From positions 1 through 55,121 of the forward strand of contig CAYUVH010000013.1 in the NCBI GenBank assembly GCA_964448135.1: 55,121 bases of DNA, read 5' to 3'. A program made the translations under genes and the position numbers. Every line of letters starts with the position of its first letter. Position 1 is the first letter of the stretch. This DNA is from an uncultured Verrucomicrobiota bacterium (lineage in GTDB: Bacteria > Verrucomicrobiota > Verrucomicrobiia > Limisphaerales > UBA8199). Of the stretch, positions 9,468 to 18,567 are shown in pieces. The notes beneath the pieces are model-generated. The model had not been told where the DNA came from. It did not search any database and was given only the letters and a program-made list of their open reading frames with translations.

Positions 9468-9602
9468 TGCAATTTTTTAGGACGGTTTACCGGTGGTCAA
9501 TCCGAGGCAGGCCTCAGCTCGACACACCGGCTACTGTCTATCAACCCTTCGGGTTGAATTGGTGAAATATCTTTCGTCCCTGGCGGGATTTGGAAAATTC
9601 CG

Positions 9603-9630
9603 AGGCCGGTTACCCACGGTTGAAACCGTG
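9603..9630 (+). terminator. Second hairpin plus T-rich tract (terminator-like) on the plus strand
   Basis: ccacggttgaaaccgtgg (7-bp stem, GAAA loop) followed by actattttctg. Confidence 0.3.
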
Positions 9631-9657
9631 GACTATTTTCTGTCGTCCCGGTGGGAC

Positions 9658-9720
9658 TAAAGAGTGAGCCGGTGGTCCTTCCCCCCAACTGGGAGGACCA
9701 CCGGCTATCATTACCAACCC
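9658..9720 (-). terminator. Tandem hairpins immediately 3' of the giant gene stop (probable terminator region)
   Basis: Read on the minus strand after the stop at 9740: ccaacccgcaagggttgg, then ccggtggtcct...aggaccaccgg (11-bp stem), then ctcactcttt. Confidence 0.4.
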
Positions 9721-9739
9721 TTGCGGGTTGGAAGTCAGC

Positions 9740-12700
9740 TTACGGGAGCAGGTAGATGCGGAAGAACCGCTTGTCGGCGCTGCCCACCGAGTTGGTGGCG
9801 CTGGCGGTGGAGCCGGTCGCCAGGATGTCCGGCGCGGAGTTGCTCCAGGAGAGCGGTTCCAATGTGTCGTTGTATTGCAGGCGATAGGTGCGGCCCACCG
9901 TGGAACTCCAGGTGATCACGGCAGAGCCGCTGTTCAGGATGATAGAGGAGATCTCCGGCGGGGTCGCGTTGGTGGGCGCGTTGACCGTGACGGTGAAGCT
10001 CTTGCTGTCGCTGAGCGGCGGCGTGCCGTCGTCGGTGACCTGCGTGGTGAAGGTGTAGGTGCCGGTCTGGCCGGCGGTCGGCGTCCAGCTGATCACGCCG
10101 TTTACGATCGCCGCGTTGGTGGGCGCGGAGAGGAGCGTGTAGCTGAAGGCGTTGGCCGGGATGTCGTTGTCCGTGGCGCTGTTCGTGACGCTGAGGGTGG
10201 TCAGGACCGTGATGGTGCGGTCAGGCTGAGCGGCGAGGGTCGGCGCGGTGTTCACTTCGGTCACGGCGACGGTGAAGGTCTTGGTGTCGCCCAATGCGGG
10301 CGTGCCGTCATCGGTCACCGTGGTGGTGAAGGTATAGGTGCCGGGGCCCTGCGCCTCGGTCGGCGTCCAGGTGATGATACCGGACGGTGAAATGCTGGCA
10401 TTGGTGACGACGTCGCCGAGGCCGTTGGTCACAGCGAGCGTGTAGGCGAGGTTGTTCGCGGGCAGATCGCTGTCGCTGGCGGTGTTTGTGACCGTCAGCG
10501 TGCTGAGTTCGGCGATGGTGTAGTTGGTCTGCGCCGGCAGGCTCGGAGCGCTGTTCACTTCGGTCACGGCGACGGTGAAGGTCTTGGTATCGCCCAGAGC
10601 CGGCGTGCCGTCGTCGGTCACCGTGGTGGTGAAGGTGTAGGTGCCGGGGCCCTGCGCTTCGGTCGGCGTCCAGGTGATGATGCCCGAGGCGGAAATGCTG
10701 GCGTTGGTGACCACGTCGCCGAGGCCGTTAGTCACGGCGAGGCCGTAGACCAGATTGTTGGCCGGCAGGTCGCTGTCGCTGGCCGTATTCGTGACCGTAA
10801 GCAAGGTGAGTTCGGCGATGGTGTAGTTGGTCTGCGCCGGGAGGCTCGGAGCGGTGTTCACTTCGGTCACAGCGACGGTGAAGATCTTGGTGTCGCTGAG
10901 CGGCGGCGTGCCGTCGTCGGTCACCGTGGTGGTGAAGGTATAGGTGCCGGGGCCCTGCGCCTCGGTCGGCGTCCAGGTGATGATGCCCGAGGGCGAGATG
11001 CTGGCGTTGGTTACCACGTCGCCCAAGCCGTTGGTCACGGCGAGGCCGTAGGCCAGATTGTTCGCCGGCAGATCACTATCGGTCGCGGTGTTCGTGACGG
11101 TGAGCGGGGTCAACTCGGCAATGGTGCGATTGATTTGCGCGGGCAGGATCGGAGCGGAGTTGCCTTCCGTCACGGCGACGGTGAAGGTCTTCGTGTCGCC
11201 GAGCGGCGGCGTGCCGTCGTCGGTCACGGTGGTGGTGAAGGTGTAGGTGCCGGGGCCTTGGGCTTCGGTCGGGGTCCAGGTGATGATACCCGAGGCCGAG
11301 ATGCTGGCGTTGGTGACCACGTCGCCGAGGCCGTTAGTGACGGCGAGGTCATAGACCAGGTTGTTGGCCGGGAGATCACTGTCGCTGGCGGTGTTCGTGA
11401 CGCTGAGCGTGGTTTGCTCGGCGATGGTGTAATTGGTCTGCGCCGGCAGGCTCGGAGCGCTATTCACTTCGGTCACCGCAACCGTGAAGGTCTTGGTGTC
11501 GTTAAGCGGCGGGGTGCCGTCGTCAGTCACCGTAGTGGTGAAGGTGTAGGTGCCCGGGCCCTGCGCTTCGGTCGGCGTCCAGGTGATGATGCCCGCGGCG
11601 GAGATGCTGGCGTTGGTGACCACGTCGCCGAGGCCGTTAGTCACGGCGAGGCCATAGACCAGGTTGTTGGCCGGCAGATCACTGTCGCTGGCGGTGTTCG
11701 TGACGCTGAGCGTGGTGAGTTCGGCGATCGTGTAATTGGTCTGAGCCGGCAGGCTTGGAGCCGTATTCACCTCAGTCACGGCGACGGTGAACGTCTTCGT
11801 GTCGCTGAGCGGCGGCGTGCCGTCATCGGTCACCGTGGTGGTGAAGGTGTAGGTGCCGGGGCCCTGCGCTTCGGTCGGGGTCCAGGTGATGATGCCCGCG
11901 GGCGAGATGCTGGCGTTGGTAACGACCGCGCCGAGGCCGTTGGTGACCGCGAGGCCATAAGCCAGATTGTTCGCGGGGACGTCGCTGTCGCTGGCGGTGT
12001 TCGTGACGGCAAGCGCGGTCAACTCGGCGATGGTGCGATCAATCTGGGCGGGCAGGATCGGAGCCGAATTTCCTTCCGTCACAGCGACGGTGAAGGTCTT
12101 GGTATCGCTGAGCGGGGGCGTGCCGTCATCGGTCACGGTGGTGGTGAAGGTGTAGGTGCCGGGGCCCTGCGCTTCGGTCGGCGTCCAAGTGATGATGCCC
12201 GCCGCCGAGATGCTGGCATTGGTGACAACCGCACCGAGGCCGTTGGTCACGGCGAGTCCATAGGCCAGATTGTTCGCCGGGAGATCGCTGTCGGTCGCGG
12301 TGTTCGTGACGGTCAACGGAGTCAGTTCGACGATGGTGCGATCGATCTGAGCAGGCAGGCTGGGAGCCGTATTCACTTCCGTCACCGCAACGGTGAAGGT
12401 CTTGGTGTCACTGAGTTGCGGCGTCCCATCGTCGGTCACGGTGGTGGTGAAGGTGTAGGTGCCGGGGCCCTGCGCCTCGGTCGGCGTCCAGGTGATGATG
12501 CCGTTGGTGCTGATGATGGCGTTAGTGACGACGTCACCGAGGCCGTTGGTCACGGCGAGGCCATAGGCCAGGTTGTTGGCCGGAAGGTCACTGTCGGTCG
12601 CGGTGTTGGTGACCGAAAGGGTCGTGAGCTCGGCGATGGTGTAATTGGTCTGCGCCGGCAGGCTGGGAGCGGTGTTCGCTTCCGTCACGGCGACGGTGAA

Positions 12701-15700
12701 CGTTTTGATATCGCCCAGCGGCGGTGTGCCGTCGTCAATGACCGTGGTGGTGAAGGTGTAGGTGCCGGGACCTTGCAGCTCAGTCGGCGTCCAGGTGATG
12801 ACACCGGACGGCGAGATGCTGGCATTGGTGACGACGTCGCCGAGGCCGTTCGTCACGGCAAGGCCGTAAACGAGATTGTTCGGCGGAAGATCGCCGTCGG
12901 TTGCGGTGTTCGTGACCGTGAGCGGGGTCAGTTCGGCAATGGTACGATTAATTTGCGCGGGCAGGCTCGGAGCGGTGTTGACCTCGAGCACGGCGACGGT
13001 GAAGGCTACCGAGTTACTGAGCGCCGGGGTGCCGTCGTCCAGGACCGTGGTCCGGAAGGTATAGGTCCCGGGGCCCTGGGCTTCGGTGGGCGTCCAAGTG
13101 ATGATGCCGTTGGTGCTGATAGCGGCATTGGTGATCACGACGCCGAGGCTGTTGGTGACGAAGAGGGAATAGGAGAGACTATTGGCCGGCTGATCAATAT
13201 CGGTCGCGGTGTTGGTGACCGAGAGGGTCGTGAGCTCGGCGATGGTGTAATTCGTCTGCGCCGGCAGGCTGGGAGCCGTATTCACTTCCTGGACCGTGAC
13301 GTTGAAGCTGTTCGACGCGAGCAGGCTGGGCACGCCGCTGTTGAAGGCGACGGTGGTCAGCGTGTAGGTGCCGGGGCCCTGGGCCTCGGAAGGCGTCCAG
13401 GTGATCACGCCGTTGGTGCTGATCTGGGCGCCGCTGGGCGGCGAATTGGTGAGGACGTAGGTAATGGCATTGGCCGGCGAGCCGACGCTGGTGGCGGTGT
13501 TGGTGACGTTGAGGGCCACGGATTCGTTGACCGTGCGATTGGTCTGGGCCGGCAACGTCGGCGCGATGTTCGCGACGCAGACCAGGCCGGTGATCGAGAG
13601 CGAATCCACGCGCCAGCCGACGCCGGCGCCGTTGTCGTTGTTCTGGTCGGTGCCGCAACGGAAGCGGAACTGTACGTTGGTGCCGCTGGCGGCCGGCGGC
13701 AGGCTGACCACGACGTTGCTGAAGCCGGGGGCGTGACCGCTCCAACAAGGGCGATTGGAGAGCGGGTTGCCGTAGAGGCTGGAGATGGTGCGGTTGTAGC
13801 CGTTGGTGAGGAATGTGCCGCCGAGCGTGATAATGTCGCCGAAGGCATTGGTGCCGATTTTAATTTCGAGCACACCGCCGTCGAAGCCTTGGCTGGCGTT
13901 GGCTCCCGGTTCCAAATCACAATAGCTGCGGAAGGCAAGAGTGGCCGCACCGGAACCGATGGCGTAAACCGGGGAATAGAGTTCGCTCATGCCCAGGTTC
14001 AACGAGTTGGTGACGTAGGCCGAGTTGGGGGCAGTAAACGCACCATTGGTGCGCGTGATCCAGTTGCTGACGCTGCCGCTGATGGCGTTGCTCCAGCCGG
14101 TGGGCAGGGCGGGGGCGGTGACGGAATCGAAGCTTTCGCTGAAGGCCAGGCCGGGGGCGCCGGTGGGCACGACCAACTGCAGGGTGCCGAGGTTGAGCGG
14201 GCCTTCCTGAAGCTGAAGATTTACCGTGATGCTGGCTCCGCACGCGCCGGTGGAGACGAGCGAGAACGGCTTGGACACGATGGTGCCATTGGTGGCGAGA
14301 ACGCCGTAAGTCTGCGGGGCGCTGGGCGAGGTCACGCCATTCGTCTCGAGCAAGGTCACAACCAGGTTCGTCGTGGCGGTGACGCCCGAGTTTTTGAGGC
14401 CGAAGTTGAAGGTGACTGTTTCGCCGGGATCAACCGCATTGTTCGCCGGGACATAGCTTTCCGCCGCGAGATTGTTGGTCGCGAGCGTGATAATCGGGCG
14501 GCCGTTGACGATGATCGTGAAACTGTTGGTCGCGCTGAGTTTCGTGGAATTGAAGGCGAGCGGATTGGAATCGCTGACCACGGTGGTGAAGACGTTCGTG
14601 GTCTGGTCCTGAGCGCCGCTGGGCGTCCAACTGATGACACCGGTGTTGGTGTTGATGGTCGCGCCACTGGGGCCGTTCGTCAGCACGTAGGTGAGGGTGT
14701 TGGTCGGGACATCGGAATCGGTCGCCGAGTTCGTGATGGACAAGACCACGCCTGGAGCAATCGTGCGGTCCGGCGGAGTCAGGACGAAAACGGGCGGACT
14801 GTTTGATTCCTGAACCACCACGGTGAAGGTGTTGGTGATCGAGAAGCTCTTGGTGTTGATGGCCGGCGGATTCGTGTCCGAAACGATGGTGGTGAATACG
14901 TTGGTGCTGGGACCCTGGAGTTCGGTCGGCGTCCATGTGATGACGCCGTTGTTCATCGTGGCGTTGGTGACCGCGACGCCAAGGCCGTTGGTCACGGCGA
15001 GCGTGTAGGTCAACGTATTGGCGGGGAGATCGTTATCCGTGGCGACATTTGTGACGGTCATGGTGGTCAATTCCACGATCGTCCGGTTGGTGGGCGTGAG
15101 CGTGAAGACGGGCGGCAAGTTGGATTCGGTCACCACCACGACGAACGTGTTGGTGTCGCTGAGAGCGGGTGATCCATCGTCGGTTACGATGGTCGTGAAG
15201 GTGTTGGTACTGGGGCCCTGCGCCTCGGTCGGCGTCCAGGTGATGATGCCATTGGTGATGACAGGCCCGGTCACGGCGACACCCAGACCGTTGGTCACGG
15301 CCAGCGTATAAGTGAGCGTGTTGGCCGGGACGTCGCTGTCCGTGGCGATGTTGGTGACGGTCAGCGACGCAGTTTCCAAAATGGTCCGGTTGGTAACTGT
15401 TCCCAGATTCGGCGCGGAGTTGTTGGCCGTGATATTCAGCGTCACGGTAGCCACGCCCAGGTTGGCGCCGTCGTTGGGCTGATACGTGAAGGTCTCGACG
15501 CCGGTGTATCCGTTGGTCGGGTTATAGGTGAAGCTTCCGTTGGCGCTCAAGGAGAGGACGCCGTGGGTCGGTCCAGCCACCACCGCAGCCGTCAAGCTGC
15601 TGGAGTTGACACCGGTGTCATTCGCCAGCACGCCGGGCGCCGGAATGGTCGCCTGGCGGCCGCCACTGATGGTGTAATTATCGTTGAGGGCGAGCGCCTG

Positions 15701-17548
15701 CACCGTGTGATTGTCCAGCGACATCGTATAGGGCGTGGGATCGGTCCACATATCGGCGCTGGGAGATCCAGCGGCAAGGGTCGCGTCGCTCGCAGTCACG
15801 AGCAGCGAGCCATCCAGGTAGCCGGAAATCTGGGTGCCATTGAAGGCGATTTTTAGTTGATGCAAGCCAACGCCAACCGAACCGATGCTCGCGCTGTCCA
15901 ATTGCGAAAAGCTGTCGCCATTGCCGAAGCCGGTGAAGCGAATGAGTTTGAGCGTGTTGCCGCCACCGGGCGAGTTCTCCGGATAGAGCCACAGCCCGTA
16001 GTGGGCACCGTTGGTGGTGTTCAGGCGACCGCCGATGCCGCCGCCATAACCATTGGTCTGAAATTGAATGTTCGCGGAGATGACGTGGTTGGTAAACCGG
16101 TTGGTGAGGTACGCGTAGCCGTAGCCGAAGGCCACCGGGTTCGTGCCGCCGCGCAATTGGCCACCGGTGATGCTCCAGTTACCGACGTTGGTCACCCAGG
16201 GAAGGGCGACCGCGGCGGGATCGGTGCCGCGGGTGAATGCATCATACGCGAGCGTGATCGCATTACTCACCGTGATGTAGACGGTGGCCGCGGTCGAATT
16301 CGTGAGTCCATCGCTCACCCGGTAGGTGAAGCTGTCCGGACCGGAATAGGAATTGGTGGGCGTGTAGGTGAAGCTGCCATTGGTGGCGAAGCTGAGGGTG
16401 CCGCGCAGCGTGCCGGCCAGCAGGGTCGCCGAGAGCGGATTCGCGTCGGAATCGGTATCGTTCGCCATGACGCCGGGCGCCGTGACCGTCAGGACGGTAT
16501 TCGTCAGAATGCTATAGCTTTCGTCATTGGCGACGGGCGCGTGATTCAAGCTCACGGTGATGGTGACGATGGCCGGGGAAGAATTCGTGACGCCGTTGCT
16601 GGCGCGATAGGCAAAAGTGTCGGTGCCGGTGTAGTTGTTGGTGGAGGTGTAATTGAAGCCACCGTTCGAGCTGAGCACCAGCGTGCCGTGCAGGGTATTG
16701 GTCGCGAGCACGGCCGAGAGCGAGCTGCCGGTGTCGTTGGCGAGCACGCCCGGAGCGGCAATGGTGAGCGTGGTGTTGGAGACATTGGTGTAGCTGTCGG
16801 CGTTGGCGACCGGGGTGCTGGAATTCGCCGTGACGGTGAAATCATCCAGCAACATGGTGTAGCCGGTGGTGTCCGTGTAGGAATCCACGCCCACGCCGCC
16901 GCCGAGATAGGGCTGCGCTTCGACGTCGGTCACGCTGAAGGCGGTGGTGCCGTCATAGGCGACGGAGAGTACGTTCGACTGGCAGGTGAGTTTAAGGGTG
17001 TGGTAGTTGGTGCCGATGGTGCCCATGTTCGTGCTGAACATGGGGACGAAGGTGTTGCCGTTGTAGCCGAAGGAACTCCAGGTTTGAAACTTGATAAGTT
17101 TCAGCGAACCAGCGCCGCCGGGCGAGCCGTCGGGATAAAGCCAGACGGCGTAACGAGCGCCGGAAGCCGGCGCCACGCAAGCGGTGATGCCGCCGCCATA
17201 GCCGCTGGTCGGAAAGCGCACTTTGGCCTGGGTGACGGTGTTGGTATAGCCGCCGCCTGCGTTCAAGGAGGCGTAACCCGGGCCATTGGTGCCGCACACG
17301 AGGAGGCCGCCAGTGATGGACCAGACGCCGGCCTGATTGGTCCAGGGCGTGGTGATCGCGGCGGGATCGTTGGTGCGGGTGAAATCGTCGGTGAAGAGTT
17401 GCGCGTGGGCCACGGACGCAAAAGCCAGCGCGCCCAGCAAAAGGCCGCTGAAGCTGACACCGCCCACCCAGCGGCGGAGCGCGCCAGGGCACCCGGCTCC
17501 ACCAACAAAATTCCCACTCGTATTTGCTGCCAATACTTTTTCGTTCAT
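9740..17548 (-). CDS. Giant secreted adhesin-like protein (2602 aa) with lectin-like, Ig/cadherin-like and tandem 101-aa repeat domains
   Basis: Single uninterrupted ORF with a signal-like N-terminus. It has two paralogous roughly 190-aa N-terminal domains (DDFTRTNDP...WSITGG...LKLIKF) with a concanavalin/LamG/DUF1080-like feel. VLANDTD...FTY Ig/cadherin-like (VCBS/Big-type) modules follow, then about 16 repeats of a 101-aa unit (...PSLPAQTNYTIAELTTLSVTNTATDSDLPANNL.YGLAVTNGLG.VVTNASIS..GIITWTPTEAQGPGTYTFTTTVTDDGTPPLSDTKTFTVAVTEVNTA). The 12 C-proximal repeats are near-identical. There is a distinct C-terminal tail. Confidence 0.85.
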   Translation of the reverse strand: MNEKVLAANTSGNFVGGAGCPGALRRWVGGVSFSGLLLGALAFASVAHAQLFTDDFTRTNDPAAITTPWTNQAGVWSITGGLLVCGTNGPGYASLNAGGGYTNTVTQAKVRFPTSGYGGGITACVAPASGARYAVWLYPDGSPGGAGSLKLIKFQTWSSFGYNGNTFVPMFSTNMGTIGTNYHTLKLTCQSNVLSVAYDGTTAFSVTDVEAQPYLGGGVGVDSYTDTTGYTMLLDDFTVTANSSTPVANADSYTNVSNTTLTIAAPGVLANDTGSSLSAVLATNTLHGTLVLSSNGGFNYTSTNNYTGTDTFAYRASNGVTNSSPAIVTITVSLNHAPVANDESYSILTNTVLTVTAPGVMANDTDSDANPLSATLLAGTLRGTLSFATNGSFTYTPTNSYSGPDSFTYRVSDGLTNSTAATVYITVSNAITLAYDAFTRGTDPAAVALPWVTNVGNWSITGGQLRGGTNPVAFGYGYAYLTNRFTNHVISANIQFQTNGYGGGIGGRLNTTNGAHYGLWLYPENSPGGGNTLKLIRFTGFGNGDSFSQLDSASIGSVGVGLHQLKIAFNGTQISGYLDGSLLVTASDATLAAGSPSADMWTDPTPYTMSLDNHTVQALALNDNYTISGGRQATIPAPGVLANDTGVNSSSLTAAVVAGPTHGVLSLSANGSFTYNPTNGYTGVETFTYQPNDGANLGVATVTLNITANNSAPNLGTVTNRTILETASLTVTNIATDSDVPANTLTYTLAVTNGLGVAVTGPVITNGIITWTPTEAQGPSTNTFTTIVTDDGSPALSDTNTFVVVVTESNLPPVFTLTPTNRTIVELTTMTVTNVATDNDLPANTLTYTLAVTNGLGVAVTNATMNNGVITWTPTELQGPSTNVFTTIVSDTNPPAINTKSFSITNTFTVVVQESNSPPVFVLTPPDRTIAPGVVLSITNSATDSDVPTNTLTYVLTNGPSGATINTNTGVISWTPSGAQDQTTNVFTTVVSDSNPLAFNSTKLSATNSFTIIVNGRPIITLATNNLAAESYVPANNAVDPGETVTFNFGLKNSGVTATTNLVVTLLETNGVTSPSAPQTYGVLATNGTIVSKPFSLVSTGACGASITVNLQLQEGPLNLGTLQLVVPTGAPGLAFSESFDSVTAPALPTGWSNAISGSVSNWITRTNGAFTAPNSAYVTNSLNLGMSELYSPVYAIGSGAATLAFRSYCDLEPGANASQGFDGGVLEIKIGTNAFGDIITLGGTFLTNGYNRTISSLYGNPLSNRPCWSGHAPGFSNVVVSLPPAASGTNVQFRFRCGTDQNNDNGAGVGWRVDSLSITGLVCVANIAPTLPAQTNRTVNESVALNVTNTATSVGSPANAITYVLTNSPPSGAQISTNGVITWTPSEAQGPGTYTLTTVAFNSGVPSLLASNSFNVTVQEVNTAPSLPAQTNYTIAELTTLSVTNTATDIDQPANSLSYSLFVTNSLGVVITNAAISTNGIITWTPTEAQGPGTYTFRTTVLDDGTPALSNSVAFTVAVLEVNTAPSLPAQINRTIAELTPLTVTNTATDGDLPPNNLVYGLAVTNGLGDVVTNASISPSGVITWTPTELQGPGTYTFTTTVIDDGTPPLGDIKTFTVAVTEANTAPSLPAQTNYTIAELTTLSVTNTATDSDLPANNLAYGLAVTNGLGDVVTNAIISTNGIITWTPTEAQGPGTYTFTTTVTDDGTPQLSDTKTFTVAVTEVNTAPSLPAQIDRTIVELTPLTVTNTATDSDLPANNLAYGLAVTNGLGAVVTNASISAAGIITWTPTEAQGPGTYTFTTTVTDDGTPPLSDTKTFTVAVTEGNSAPILPAQIDRTIAELTALAVTNTASDSDVPANNLAYGLAVTNGLGAVVTNASISPAGIITWTPTEAQGPGTYTFTTTVTDDGTPPLSDTKTFTVAVTEVNTAPSLPAQTNYTIAELTTLSVTNTASDSDLPANNLVYGLAVTNGLGDVVTNASISAAGIITWTPTEAQGPGTYTFTTTVTDDGTPPLNDTKTFTVAVTEVNSAPSLPAQTNYTIAEQTTLSVTNTASDSDLPANNLVYDLAVTNGLGDVVTNASISASGIITWTPTEAQGPGTYTFTTTVTDDGTPPLGDTKTFTVAVTEGNSAPILPAQINRTIAELTPLTVTNTATDSDLPANNLAYGLAVTNGLGDVVTNASISPSGIITWTPTEAQGPGTYTFTTTVTDDGTPPLSDTKIFTVAVTEVNTAPSLPAQTNYTIAELTLLTVTNTASDSDLPANNLVYGLAVTNGLGDVVTNASISASGIITWTPTEAQGPGTYTFTTTVTDDGTPALGDTKTFTVAVTEVNSAPSLPAQTNYTIAELSTLTVTNTASDSDLPANNLAYTLAVTNGLGDVVTNASISPSGIITWTPTEAQGPGTYTFTTTVTDDGTPALGDTKTFTVAVTEVNTAPTLAAQPDRTITVLTTLSVTNSATDNDIPANAFSYTLLSAPTNAAIVNGVISWTPTAGQTGTYTFTTQVTDDGTPPLSDSKSFTVTVNAPTNATPPEISSIILNSGSAVITWSSTVGRTYRLQYNDTLEPLSWSNSAPDILATGSTASATNSVGSADKRFFRIYLLP
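9975..13560 (-). repeat. Tandem 303-bp intragenic repeat array (about 12 near-identical units plus diverged flanking units)
   Basis: Period inferred from the 101-aa protein repeat and from recurrence of identical antisense ORF fragments at 11058, 11967 and 12876 (909 = 3 x 303 apart). The near-identical core is approximately 10250-13260. Confidence 0.8.
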
Positions 17549-17787
17549 AACCTGCGCATTCGGATTTTTACCACTACCCTAAAACACCAAGACCCCAGAC
17601 AAGGCTGTATACAGTTCCGATTATTCTAATCCCGAACGGCAGCCGCGCTATTCCGCTCAATACGGAAAGGGGTATCGGGGTGAATACGGAATTGCCCACC
17701 CGTCCCTTATGGGCAGGGTTGAGAGGATTGCAGGACGCGTGCCACGCAAGATTGGGAATTGAGCTGAAAACCGGGCGAATGCGGAGT

Positions 17788-18567
17788 TTATCTCCCGCCG
17801 CCCAAGGCGGCGACGAGGCAGGCCAGTTCGTCGGCTGCCTGGGTGGGATCGGCCAGCGTGGAACCGACCTCCGCCTTGACCAGTTCGCGGAAGCGACGGC
17901 GCAGACGATGAATGGCGACCTTGACGGCGCCTTCGTTGAGACCGAGGGCGAGCGCGGCATCGGCCTGCGAGAGACCATCGGCATCGCCGGTCAACCAGGG
18001 TTTGAGGCTTTGAAATTGCGCGGCACGATCGGGAGCGGCGTGTTCGTGAGCCAGCAAAGTGAGCGCGCGGTCGAGGACGGTCAGCGCCCACTTGCGATCG
18101 AATTCGGCTTCGGGATTCGGGGCGGCGGGATCGGGGAGTTGCAGTCCGGGTGAAGTATCCGTGCCGGACTCGAGCGGTTCGGTGGCGACGCCGGCGCCGC
18201 GTTTCAAACGGCGGTCGTGATCGCGCGCGTCCGACAAAGAGTTTTTTACCGCGCCCAGCAGGTATGAACGAAACCGGCCGCGCTGGGGATCAATGGAGTT
18301 GAAACCGGGTTTCGCGAGCAGACGGGAAAAGAATTCCTGCGTCAGTTCGCGCGCGGCATCTTCAGTGGGCGCATCACGGCGAATGAAAGCAAACACGGGC
18401 GCATAGTAGGCGGCGCAAAGATCGCTCAGGGCGACCTTTGCTTCCGGGGAATCGCCGCGCGCCTCGAGCACGCGGGTCCATTGGGTGGTGACAAACGCGG
18501 CGGGCGGCGGGCCTTTTGAGCTGGAGGGGTCGGAGGTCAGATCACTTTTTGGCTTCCGCGGCTTCAC
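17788..18567 (-). CDS. ECF-type RNA polymerase sigma factor (sigma-70 regions 2 and 4)
   Basis: It has a TTQWTRV N-terminal motif, a region-2-like FIRRD...ELTQEFF and a region-4 helix-turn-helix LSQADAALALGLNEGAVKVAIHRLRRRFREL. Its first ATG overlaps the upstream kinase stop by 26 nt, so the exact start is uncertain. Confidence 0.75.
   Translation of the reverse strand: MKPRKPKSDLTSDPSSSKGPPPAAFVTTQWTRVLEARGDSPEAKVALSDLCAAYYAPVFAFIRRDAPTEDAARELTQEFFSRLLAKPGFNSIDPQRGRFRSYLLGAVKNSLSDARDHDRRLKRGAGVATEPLESGTDTSPGLQLPDPAAPNPEAEFDRKWALTVLDRALTLLAHEHAAPDRAAQFQSLKPWLTGDADGLSQADAALALGLNEGAVKVAIHRLRRRFRELVKAEVGSTLADPTQAADELACLVAALGGGR

Noticed and set aside
9376-9739. RNase P RNA, tmRNA or 6S RNA in the hairpin-rich spacer
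   Set aside because: None of the conserved strings is present on either strand: the P4 GGAAAGUCCGG motif and the tmRNA tRNA-like GGUUCGAUUCC / ANDENYALAA tag region are both absent. It is kept only as an unclassified structured region.
11135-14806. 1223-aa plus-strand ORF, plus repeated 62-aa ORFs at 11058, 11967 and 12876
   Set aside because: It is antisense to the 303-bp tandem repeat array of the giant gene. The long open frame comes from GC-rich, stop-poor repeats. Its translation is low-complexity Gly/Arg/Asp-rich with no domain signature, and the minus-strand frame encodes coherent Ig-like repeats.
15857-17629. 590-aa plus-strand ORF
   Set aside because: Antisense to the N-terminal part of the giant adhesin gene. 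It is Gly/Arg/Ala-rich, typical of reverse-frame translation in high-GC DNA.
17549-17787. ECF-type promoter (GGAAC ... GTCT) upstream of the giant gene
   Set aside because: A GGAAC motif exists, but the spacing to the GTC motif (about 13 nt) is shorter than the usual 16-17 nt. It is too weak to annotate and is mentioned only as something to test.
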